Shown in pieces: positions 16,368-24,327 of a stretch of DNA of 30,570 nt (positions within the stretch are counted from its first letter, which is position 1; each line of letters starts with the position of its first letter). Location: positions 1 to 30,570 of the forward strand of contig MHQM01000025.1 in NCBI GenBank assembly GCA_001820655.1. The letters run 5' to 3'. The notes beneath the pieces are model-generated. The model had not been told where the DNA came from. It worked only from the letters and a program-made list of their open reading frames with translations, and did no database searches. This stretch comes from Candidatus Sungbacteria bacterium RIFCSPHIGHO2_02_FULL_52_23 (GTDB lineage Bacteria > Patescibacteriota > Minisyncoccia > Sungbacterales > HO2-52-23). The position numbers and the translations under genes are program-made.

Positions 16368-19300
16368 TTATGCCGCTAAAATCCCGATCCACAGCTTCTC
16401 GCCGTCAAGATCGGACTCGCGCTCAAGCTTGTATACTTTTTTGCCGCCTGCTTTCAGTTCCGCGGCATTGGTATCTTTTTTGATCTCCCGCTCCCATCTT
16501 ACCAGAATCGCGGCAATACGCTCACTACCCATGATCTGGCATCGCACTTTTTCACCCGGCTTCATACCAAGCTCGCGACGCATATCCTGTACCGTCCGCA
16601 CAAATTCCCGCACGATTCCTTCCTCTTTGAGTTCCGGCGTCATTACAATGTCCAGTTTTATCTCCTCGCCGAAAGCAATCTCTTTGACATTTACCTCATC
16701 CTTTATCAACCGTAGCACCTCTTCCTTCCCCCTTAATTCTTGATTCTTAATTCTCAATTCTCGCAGGGGCTGACGCACTTTGATCCCCGCTTCCGCCCGC
16801 AATTTCAAAGCCGCCGCGACAATAGCACGCACAGCTTCCATATCTTTTATAATTCCTGATTCCCCTGCCCCCACACCAAAATTTGGTGTGGGGGTGAACT
16901 TCTTGATTCCTGCTTCTATTTTAGGCCACGGCCGCAGATGCACACTTTCCTCTTTCAATCCCATTTTTTTGCGCAATCCCCGATAGACGGCCTCGCTGAT
17001 AAACGGCGCAAAGGGCGCAGATAGTTCCGCAAGCGTCAGTAGTACTTGTGCCATCACCGCCGCGGCTTCATTTTTTTCCTGCGCATTTTCCGGATGCTGG
17101 AATCTGCGACGCGATCGACGCACATACCACTGCGAAAAGTCATTCACCGCAAACTCATCAATCACCCGCGCAGCACCCACCAGATCATACTTATCCAACT
17201 TATCTGTCACATGCCCGACAAGCAGATTCAGGTCTGCCATGATCCATTTATCCAATACATTCGTATTTTTCGTTTTTCGTTTTTCGTTTTTCACTTTCTT
17301 TACGTACGTATCAAAAAACACAAACGTATTCCAAAGCGTTGCCACAAATCCGCGCGAGCGCAGAGCCACGTCTTTTTCATCAAACCTTTTCGGCTCGCCC
17401 GGCCCATTGATCGTAAAAAAATACCACCGGAGCGCATCCACACCGTATTTATCCATCATCTCCTGCGGGCTTACGACATTGCCTTTGGACTTGGACATCT
17501 TTTGTCCTTTGGCATCCAGTACATGCCCAAGCGAGATCACGTTTTTGTATGGCGCTCCGCGCCCCAGCAGAGTGGCAACCGCAAGCATGCTATAAAACCA
17601 TCCGCGCGTCTGATCCACGGCTTCCGAAATGTAATCCGCTGGAAACGCCAACCCGTCATTGCGAGGACGCAAAACGCCCGTAACAACCCTATGAGATCGG
17701 GTCTCATAGGGTAAAAACGGATAATGATTTTGAGCAAATGGCATGGCTCCCGAGTCAAACCACACGTCAGCAACTTCCGGCGTACGGCGCATGACGCCGC
17801 TACAGGAAACGCAATCAAACTTTATCTCATCCACATACGGCCGATGCAGATCCACTTCTTGTGCCGCATCATGCGGCAGTTTGCCCGAGCGTTTTTTTAA
17901 TTCATCGCGCGAGCCGATCACCTCAATTTCGCCACACTTGTTGCACTTCCATATGGGCAAGGGCGTCCCCCAATACCGCTCGCGCGAAAAGCACCAGTCG
18001 CGCACGTCTTTGAGAAACTCGCCAAATCTCCCGTGCTTCAAGTGCTCTGGCGTCCAATTGGTGGTCTCATTATTTGCAAGCAGTTCCTTTTTTACGGCAG
18101 TCGTCTTCACCCACCAGGCCTTGCGCGCATAATACAAAAGAGGCGTATCGCACCGCCAGCAATGCGGATATTCATGCGGGTACGGCTCTTGATGGAAAAT
18201 CTTATCACCGAGTATTCGGATTATTTCCGCTTCTGTTTTTTGTTTATCTTCTCGCGTCGCGATAGACCACCCACTTAAACTTTCCACCTCTTTAACAAAA
18301 TGTCCTGTCTCGTCCACCGTATGAAATTTCGGCAATCCGACTTGCTGTCCCAGACGATAGTCATCCTCTCCGTACATCACCGCGGTATGCACCACGCCTG
18401 TGCCGTCGTTGGCACTTACGAAATCGGCAGGATATATTTTATACGCCGTTTTTGAATTTCTGAATTCCGGCACATCAAAAAGCGGTTTATATTTTTTTCC
18501 GATTACATCCTCTCCCCTAAAAATCTCTACAATGTCGTACACTTTACCTCGCCATAAATAAGAATTTTCGCCGGGAATATCTCTCATCTCTATAGCAGTT
18601 TTGAAAAAAATGTCTTTCGCGATAATGTGCATCTCTGAAAGTGGACGCGGTCGTGATTCTTCTCCCTCTGCGACATGATCAAACTCTCGGCTCCACTTTA
18701 CTTTCAGATAGTCAAGTGTTGGCTTCACCGCCAATGCGACATTTCCCGGTAGCGTCCACGGCGTCGTGGTCCATGCCAAAATATAGGTTTTGTCGTCCGT
18801 GACAAAATCGCCGATTTTTTGATTCGGCTCCAACTCGAACTTCACATACACCGCCGTATCTTCCACTTCCTTATATCCAAGTCCGACTTCATGCGACGAA
18901 AGCCCTGTCTGACAACGTGGGCACCACGGCACGACTTTGAAATCCTCGTACAGCAATCCTTTTTTGTAAAATTCCTTGATGATCCACCAGAGCGTCTCTA
19001 TATATGACGTCTCGTACGTAATGTAGGGGTTTTTGAGATCAATCCAAAATCCCATCCGTTTTGTCAGGCGCTCCCACTCTTCTTTATATTCCCATACCGA
19101 GCGCTTGGCATCCGCGTTGAATCTCGCAATGCCGTAGTTTTCAATATCGTGCTTGGTCTTAAATCCGAGCTTTTTCTCTACCTGTATTTCTACCGGAAGC
19201 CCATGCGTATCCCATCCCGCGCGGCGCGGCACGTCAAATCCCCGCATGCTTTTGTAGCGCAGTACCGCATCCTTAAAAGCCCGCGCTTCCACATGGTGAA

Positions 19301-19463
19301 TACCTGGCATGCCGTTTGCGGTCGGCGGCCCCTCATAAAAGACAAAGGGCTTTTTGCCTTTGTTTTTTTTGAGGGATTTTTCAAAAACTTTTTTCTCCTC
19401 CCAGAACTTCAGAATCTCCTCCTCCCGCTCCGGAACATTCAATTGTCTATTGTGCTCGTACAT
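16368..19463 (-). CDS. ileS: Isoleucyl-tRNA synthetase (type 2, eukaryote/archaea-like)
   Basis: FYEGPPTANGMPGIHH, AWTTTPWTLPGN, DWCFSRERYWGTPLP, DQTRGWFY, KMSKS. Confidence 0.96.
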   Translation of the reverse strand: MYEHNRQLNVPEREEEILKFWEEKKVFEKSLKKNKGKKPFVFYEGPPTANGMPGIHHVEARAFKDAVLRYKSMRGFDVPRRAGWDTHGLPVEIQVEKKLGFKTKHDIENYGIARFNADAKRSVWEYKEEWERLTKRMGFWIDLKNPYITYETSYIETLWWIIKEFYKKGLLYEDFKVVPWCPRCQTGLSSHEVGLGYKEVEDTAVYVKFELEPNQKIGDFVTDDKTYILAWTTTPWTLPGNVALAVKPTLDYLKVKWSREFDHVAEGEESRPRPLSEMHIIAKDIFFKTAIEMRDIPGENSYLWRGKVYDIVEIFRGEDVIGKKYKPLFDVPEFRNSKTAYKIYPADFVSANDGTGVVHTAVMYGEDDYRLGQQVGLPKFHTVDETGHFVKEVESLSGWSIATREDKQKTEAEIIRILGDKIFHQEPYPHEYPHCWRCDTPLLYYARKAWWVKTTAVKKELLANNETTNWTPEHLKHGRFGEFLKDVRDWCFSRERYWGTPLPIWKCNKCGEIEVIGSRDELKKRSGKLPHDAAQEVDLHRPYVDEIKFDCVSCSGVMRRTPEVADVWFDSGAMPFAQNHYPFLPYETRSHRVVTGVLRPRNDGLAFPADYISEAVDQTRGWFYSMLAVATLLGRGAPYKNVISLGHVLDAKGQKMSKSKGNVVSPQEMMDKYGVDALRWYFFTINGPGEPKRFDEKDVALRSRGFVATLWNTFVFFDTYVKKVKNEKRKTKNTNVLDKWIMADLNLLVGHVTDKLDKYDLVGAARVIDEFAVNDFSQWYVRRSRRRFQHPENAQEKNEAAAVMAQVLLTLAELSAPFAPFISEAVYRGLRKKMGLKEESVHLRPWPKIEAGIKKFTPTPNFGVGAGESGIIKDMEAVRAIVAAALKLRAEAGIKVRQPLRELRIKNQELRGKEEVLRLIKDEVNVKEIAFGEEIKLDIVMTPELKEEGIVREFVRTVQDMRRELGMKPGEKVRCQIMGSERIAAILVRWEREIKKDTNAAELKAGGKKVYKLERESDLDGEKLWIGILAA
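16868..16894. repeat. 13-bp perfect palindrome in frame inside ileS
   Basis: CCCCCACACCAAA-A-TTTGGTGTGGGGG, encoding TPTPNFGVG. Confidence 0.75.
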
Positions 19464-19519
19464 ATGATCTATGCTACAGTATTAGGCCTAACTTCTCAAA
19501 AATCAAGAAATGATTTCTA

Positions 19520-19556
19520 TCAACAAAAAATAGACGATCGTCTATTTTTTTGTTGA
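19520..19556. promoter_or_regulatory. Long palindrome (operator-like or element end), upstream of ileS
   Basis: TCAACAAAAAATAGACGATCGTCTATTTTTTTGTTGA; the core 19525-19550 is a perfect 26-bp palindrome. Confidence 0.7.
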
Positions 19557-19557
19557 T

Positions 19558-20103
19558 TTAAGATACTCTACCGATTGTCCCTTGCTCGCGGACGCTAAAG
19601 ATGTGTACCTTGCCCGCCAACGCCAAATCATCCAACAACGTAATAAAACTCACAGGGAGAGGACAATCACCTATCCACACACTTTTTTGAAAATGGCGAA
19701 AGCCGCACGTGATCAGCTCCGCACGCACGGCAGTTCGTTTTTGCCGTTCCCGTTCGGGGATATCAAAAATAACAAGTCGTGTAATTCCGTCACTTACGTT
19801 ATTTTCTATATTTGCTTCCACCTGATCTACCCGCGCTCTTCCCGCAGGCGACAAACGCCATTTCGCGTTTTTTCTGCCACCCATTCGGACAATCAATCCT
19901 TCTCGTTGCAAGCGCCACAAAATCGTCGATACCGTATGACGAGTAATTTTTCTTGACCGTTCCAAACCGAGCAGAGGACGCCACATATTGGCATAAGAAT
20001 ACTTTCTTGGGAAAAATGCGCCCAACGTCGCTTCACCAAGACCTCCTAAAATCTCAAGCGTCGCACGACCAATAGAGTATTTCTTTTCCTCCTGGTTTTT
20101 CAT
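19558..20103 (-). CDS. PaaX-like transcriptional regulator (wHTH plus Cas2-like domain)
   Basis: TILWRLQREGLI...WRLSPAG (wHTH) and RLVIFDIPERERQKR..VR.EL...GF...QKSVWI (PaaX central, Cas2-like domain). Confidence 0.8.
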   Translation of the reverse strand: MKNQEEKKYSIGRATLEILGGLGEATLGAFFPRKYSYANMWRPLLGLERSRKITRHTVSTILWRLQREGLIVRMGGRKNAKWRLSPAGRARVDQVEANIENNVSDGITRLVIFDIPERERQKRTAVRAELITCGFRHFQKSVWIGDCPLPVSFITLLDDLALAGKVHIFSVREQGTIGRVS

Positions 20104-20129
20104 ATCTCCATCATACTTTAAAATCTATA

Positions 20130-20165
20130 TCAACAAAAGATAGACGATCGTCAATAAATTGTTGA
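20130..20165. promoter_or_regulatory. Second, imperfect copy of the palindrome, upstream of the PaaX-like gene
   Basis: TCAACAAAAGATAGACGATCGTCAATAAATTGTTGA, sharing the TCAACAAAA, GACGATCGTC and TTGTTGA blocks with 19520-19556. Confidence 0.7.
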
Positions 20166-20200
20166 GATAAATCTGCTACCACCTCTCTTCATCCATACAG

Positions 20201-21841
20201 TTACATCTCCTCCAGAGTTTCAATACCGAGGAGGTTGAGGCCGCGTGCAAGCGTGATCGCCGTGGCGGAGACGAGTGCTAAGCGGAGATTCTTTTTGTCT
20301 GCATCTTCTTCCTGCATGACGGGGCGCGCGTGATAAAATTCGTTTGCGGATTTTGCAAGATTATAGAGGTACGCCGCGAGGACATGCGGAGAGTATATGG
20401 CGAGCGCGTCTTCAATGGCCTCCGGGAAGCGGAGTATCAGCACTGCAAGATGCCGCTCAAGCGCATCCATCTCCACATTTGTATCGGCGATTTGTAATTT
20501 GTAATTTGTAATTTGTAATTTTCGTAAGATACTTTTCAGTCGCGCATACGTGTATTGCAGGTATGGACCGGAATCCCCTTGAAATGTCACGGACTTATCA
20601 AAATCAAAAATGATATCACTTCCGATATTTTGTCTAAGGATGGAGTACTTTATGGAGGCCATAGCCACGGCCTCATCGGTATTCTCCGGCAAACGATTTT
20701 TGACTTCTTGAATCAGCCATTCAGCGGTGATGACGTCCCCGGTACGAGAAGACATCTTGCCCGAAGATAGGCGAAGCATACCGTGCGGGATATGGCGGGT
20801 ATGTGCGGCGACATCTGGCATTATCAACTCCATTACCTTTAGCAAAACCTTAAAGTAGTCCGTGATTTCGTTGCCAGTCACGATAAGCGAGAAGTCAGGA
20901 TGATAAAGTCGGAATTTCTCCTGATTGAGACCAAGCTCCTTGGTTTCATATGTCGGCAGGCCGTGCGAATTGACAAAGACACGGGTATGAAGATTATATT
21001 TCTCGCCTCTAAAGACTATTGCGTTTTCGCTTTGTTCAAAAATCTCGGGGTGCTTTCGAACGATTTCCAGACCTTTAGGTCCCATCTCACTCTCAAAAAA
21101 GTAATGGACGAATTTCGTCCCGAGCCGCGCATATATCTTCTCGAAATAATCCAAGCTACCCCGTCTGCCATCTTGGTAGAGTTTGTTGATCTCCGGATCA
21201 CTACGGTCATATATTTTTCTATTAATTGCCTCAATTTCTCCTTTAGCTTCCGGATTAGTACGATAGGCTCCGGCACCTGCGACATAGGCAGGCCCCAAGT
21301 AGCTTTCGCCTTTTTGCATGCCCCAAACAGCCATGGCGATATGAAGTCCGATGTCGCCCTGCCAATTCACACGCAGAACATTCGCCCCGATAATTTCATG
21401 GAGACGCGCAATAGACTCTCCAATGGCGTTTGACATGAGATGGCCGATGTGGAATTGCTTAAACGGATTCGGGTCCGTGTATTCAACCATCACGGTCTTA
21501 CCGCGGCCTATATCACTTGCGCCCCATGTATCGGCACTTTCCAATACTTGCCCAAGCATATGCAAGGCCATACTATCTTTGAGAAAAAAATTGATGAAGC
21601 CGGGTTTTGCAACTTCTATCCTGCCAATCAATTCATGCTCGGCAATCGCACTTTTTATCCGTTCAGCGACTTCCATTGGATTGACGCGCGCGATTTTTGC
21701 CACAACCATAGCGGCATTAGTCGCATAATCCCCATGCGCCGGATTCTCCGGCGGGGCTATGGAAAAATCGGGCGCATCTACCACGCCAAATTCATGGGTA
21801 ACAGCATCCCGTATCAAAACGTATATTTTCTCATGCATCAT
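20201..21841 (-). CDS. argS: Arginyl-tRNA synthetase
   Basis: HGDYATN, VEYTDPNPFKQFHIGH, KMSSRTG, GDSGPYLQYTYAR, GIETLEEM. Confidence 0.96.
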   Translation of the reverse strand: MMHEKIYVLIRDAVTHEFGVVDAPDFSIAPPENPAHGDYATNAAMVVAKIARVNPMEVAERIKSAIAEHELIGRIEVAKPGFINFFLKDSMALHMLGQVLESADTWGASDIGRGKTVMVEYTDPNPFKQFHIGHLMSNAIGESIARLHEIIGANVLRVNWQGDIGLHIAMAVWGMQKGESYLGPAYVAGAGAYRTNPEAKGEIEAINRKIYDRSDPEINKLYQDGRRGSLDYFEKIYARLGTKFVHYFFESEMGPKGLEIVRKHPEIFEQSENAIVFRGEKYNLHTRVFVNSHGLPTYETKELGLNQEKFRLYHPDFSLIVTGNEITDYFKVLLKVMELIMPDVAAHTRHIPHGMLRLSSGKMSSRTGDVITAEWLIQEVKNRLPENTDEAVAMASIKYSILRQNIGSDIIFDFDKSVTFQGDSGPYLQYTYARLKSILRKLQITNYKLQIADTNVEMDALERHLAVLILRFPEAIEDALAIYSPHVLAAYLYNLAKSANEFYHARPVMQEEDADKKNLRLALVSATAITLARGLNLLGIETLEEM

Positions 21842-21860
21842 GCGCCCACTCTATCAAATT

Positions 21861-21889
21861 TTGCAGAAAACAAAAGACCTGCCTACAAT
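21861..21889 (+). promoter_or_regulatory. Probable smpB promoter
   Basis: TTGCAG-N17-TACAAT, 15 nt before the smpB ATG. Confidence 0.5.
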
Positions 21890-21904
21890 GGACACTATTC
21901 CACT

Positions 21905-22351
21905 ATGTCAGACCTTGCCGTCAACCGCCGCGCTACTTTTGACTACGAAATCATTGAAACATATGAGGCTGGTATCGCATTGCAGGGTTTTGAAGTAAAA
22001 GCCGTCAAAGCAGGGCGCATGAATCTGGCAGGCACGTTTGCCATCATCCGCGGGGATGAGGCATGGCTCGTCAATGCGTCCATTTCCCCATACCAGAGCG
22101 GCAATACGCCCGAAAAGTATGACCCCACGCGGCCGCGGCGGCTCCTCCTGCACAAAAAAGAGATCAAAGAGCTGATCGGAGCTACAGCCGAAAAAGGATT
22201 GACAATTGTGCCTTTAAAGGTGTACGCTGTACGCAATCGGATCAAGATCGCAATCGCTCTTGCACGACACAAAAAGAAAGCCGACAAACGCGAGACGATC
22301 AAGCGGCGTGAATCCGATAGAGAGATCCAACGAACTTTGAAATGGGGATGA
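21905..22351 (+). CDS. smpB: SsrA-binding protein
   Basis: NRRATFDYEIIETYEAGIALQGFEVKA, RPRRLLLHKKEI, KKKADKRETIKRRE. True start is ATG 21905, not the track's 21440. Confidence 0.96.
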   Translation: MSDLAVNRRATFDYEIIETYEAGIALQGFEVKAVKAGRMNLAGTFAIIRGDEAWLVNASISPYQSGNTPEKYDPTRPRRLLLHKKEIKELIGATAEKGLTIVPLKVYAVRNRIKIAIALARHKKKADKRETIKRRESDREIQRTLKWG

Positions 22352-22741
22352 CTGGCTTCGACGGGGATGAAAACGCCTGCAATCGGGCCGAGGACGCAGA
22401 GACACTCGTAAAACCCTCTGCAAACCAATACGTGCAAACGTATCTGAAGGCGCTGTAGCGGTTTCCGCCGACTTGTTCGGTGGTGCCGTGCGCGCCCCCG
22501 CATTTGCCTAATTTTTAGATAAATGCCATCCGTCTTTGGCGTTCGGGCTGAAGATTCACGGGTGTCATACTCCCGAACTTGATTCGCGGCATTTCGGGGC
22601 CGCGCGTGACACCTACCGGAACCCGGGACGGACTTTTTTGCTGAAATTCTATTTCCGCTCCGGCACAACAATTTCAGCTACGCCCGTAGCGATTGCCCGC
22701 GCGATTATTTTCGGACGAGGGTTCGATTCCCTCCATCTCCA
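22344..22741 (+). ncRNA. ssrA: tmRNA
   Basis: 5' GGGGATGACTGGCTTCGAC pairs with 3' CATCTCC-A; T-arm GAGGGTTCGATTCCCTC; tag ORF at 22434-22511; CCA not encoded. Confidence 0.93.
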
Positions 22742-22768
22742 TATCATACTTCTGTTTCTCGTTTAAAA

Positions 22769-23290
22769 ATTAATCAGAATATCATCCAACGAAGATACCG
22801 TATCAATCAGTGGATCCGTACCTCGCCGATCCGCGTCATCGGATCGGACGGCAAGAATCTCGGCGTTCTGGAAACGGCCGAGGCGCTCCGTATAGCGCAG
22901 GAGCAAGGGTTTGATCTCATTGAGATCTCGCCTACCGCTACTCCGCCTGTATGCCGAATCATGGATTTCGGCAAATTCAAGTACGAGCGCGAGAAGGGAG
23001 AGCGCGAGCACGGCAAGAAGCAAAAGGAAGTTGAGATCAAAGGCGTGCGGATCGGATTTACCACAGGTACGCATGATCTTGCGATGCGCGCCAAACAAAT
23101 CGCAAAGTTTCTGGAGGATGGGGACAAAGTACGGGTTGATATGCGTCTGCGGGGCCGTGAAAAAGCTCATGGAGATCTGGCTCTTGCGCGATTCAAAGAA
23201 TTCCTCGCGACGATCCCCGTGGAGTTCACGCTGGAAGCCCCGCCCAAGAGATTCCCCCAGGGATTTATCGCGATACTAAACAAGAAATAA
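22769..23290 (+). CDS. infC: Translation initiation factor IF-3 (non-AUG start)
   Basis: The frame extends upstream of the track's ATG 22961 as RYRINQWIRTSPIRVIGSDGKNLG...GFDLIEISP...PPVCRIMDFGKFKYE. Start is ATT 22769 or ATC 22781/22784. Confidence 0.92.
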   Translation: MNQNIIQRRYRINQWIRTSPIRVIGSDGKNLGVLETAEALRIAQEQGFDLIEISPTATPPVCRIMDFGKFKYEREKGEREHGKKQKEVEIKGVRIGFTTGTHDLAMRAKQIAKFLEDGDKVRVDMRLRGREKAHGDLALARFKEFLATIPVEFTLEAPPKRFPQGFIAILNKK

Positions 23291-23316
23291 TTTTCGAGAT
23301 ACATTTTAAAAATCGT

Positions 23317-23496
23317 ATGAGAAAATCAGTGCTGAAAAGGGTCAAGATCACCGGAACCGGAAAATTGCTTCATCGCAAACCCGGACAAAACCATTTCAAC
23401 GCAAAGGCATCGCGCCGGAGCCAGCTTCGCCGCAGTAAAATGACCGCCTTTACGCCGATACTCGCCAAGAAGATTCATGGATATATAAACCAATGA
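23317..23496 (+). CDS. rpmI: 50S ribosomal protein L35 (not in the ORF track)
   Basis: MRKSVLKRVKITGTGKLLHRKPGQNHFNAK..., 59 aa, between infC and rplT with an ATGA overlap. Confidence 0.92.
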   Translation: MRKSVLKRVKITGTGKLLHRKPGQNHFNAKASRRSQLRRSKMTAFTPILAKKIHGYINQ

Positions 23497-23837
23497 CACG
23501 AGTCAAACGAGGCATCATCGCCCATAAAAGACGGGAAAAAGTCCTCAAGGCCGCCAAAGGCTTCAAGTGGGGACGGAAATCAAAAGAGCGCATGGCGCGC
23601 GAAGCGCTCCTGCATGCATGGAGCCACGCCTATACCGGACGCAAAGAGCGCAAGCGAAGCTTCCGCGCGCTTTGGCAGACACGGATCGGAAGTGCCGCGC
23701 ACGTGGAAGGACTCTCCTACAGCAAGCTCATGGGAGGTCTGAAAAAGAAAGGCATCGCGCTTGACCGCAAAGTCCTCTCCGAGATCGCGGCGGCACATCC
23801 CGAAGTCTTCAAAAAAATCGCCGCAGAGGCAAAATAG
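23493..23837 (+). CDS. rplT: 50S ribosomal protein L20
   Basis: MTRVKRG...VLKAAKGF...RKRSFRALWQTRI...LSYSKLMGGLKK.GIALDRKVLSEIA. Confidence 0.97.
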   Translation: MTRVKRGIIAHKRREKVLKAAKGFKWGRKSKERMAREALLHAWSHAYTGRKERKRSFRALWQTRIGSAAHVEGLSYSKLMGGLKKKGIALDRKVLSEIAAAHPEVFKKIAAEAK

Positions 23838-23852
23838 CGTCGGATATCACCA

Positions 23853-23884
23853 ATCAAAAACCCGCCTACCGGCGGGTTTTTGAT
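23853..23884. terminator. Bidirectional intrinsic terminator between convergent rplT and NUDIX genes
   Basis: ATCAAAAACCCGCC-TACC-GGCGGGTTTTTGAT, a perfect 14-bp stem with U-tracts on both strands. Confidence 0.85.
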
Positions 23885-24327
23885 TTCGCGATCCTATTCA
23901 AAAAAGTATCCGCTTTTTTGAGAATACGCTTCGTCCCCGGATAAAATACTTTTTTGTAGGCATCGGCGTACGGAAGCCACACTCCCCCGATATGCTCACG
24001 CGACAAAGTGATTTTCTTCTCCCGCGTCCTCGCGACAAACCATACCACAAATTTCAGCGTCTTCTTGCCTCGCCACGTATAGATGTACCGCTCACCTGCG
24101 CGGAAGCCCGGAATAATCTTCACATCCCAAAGTCCGCTTTCCTCCGCGATCTCGCGCCGTGCCGCATCCTCCGATGTCTCGCCTTTTTCAATGTGTCCTT
24201 TGGGGAAACTCCAATACTCTTTTGGAGCGGGTCCTTTGCGCGCATGATGCAGGAGAAGATAGCGGCGGCTCCGCCCCGAGCCGCAAAACACAACCGCCCC
24301 CGCAGACCGTTCAATGTGGGCAGTCAT
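23866..24327 (-). CDS. NUDIX hydrolase (Ap4A hydrolase-like)
   Basis: Nudix box [22 protein letters not shown]; ATG 24327 overlaps the polX stop. Confidence 0.88.
   Translation of the reverse strand: MTAHIERSAGAVVFCGSGRSRRYLLLHHARKGPAPKEYWSFPKGHIEKGETSEDAARREIAEESGLWDVKIIPGFRAGERYIYTWRGKKTLKFVVWFVARTREKKITLSREHIGGVWLPYADAYKKVFYPGTKRILKKADTFLNRIAKSKTRR

Noticed and set aside
17702-17712. 11-nt identity (TCTCATAGGGT) between the ileS hairpin and CRISPR repeat 1 (11555-11565)
   Set aside because: About one such match is expected by chance for four repeats against 30 kb on both strands, and it does not extend.
19558-20103. Treating the Cas2-like domain protein as the adaptation module of the cas12 locus
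   Set aside because: It has an N-terminal wHTH (PaaX-like architecture), lies about 8 kb away, and there is no cas1.
21440-21904. N-terminal extension of the 303-aa ORF containing smpB
   Set aside because: It is antisense to argS; SmpB homology and a promoter point to ATG 21905.
22763-23279. Alternative ORFs over infC (22763-23170 minus, 22911-23279 plus)
   Set aside because: Shadow frames of infC.
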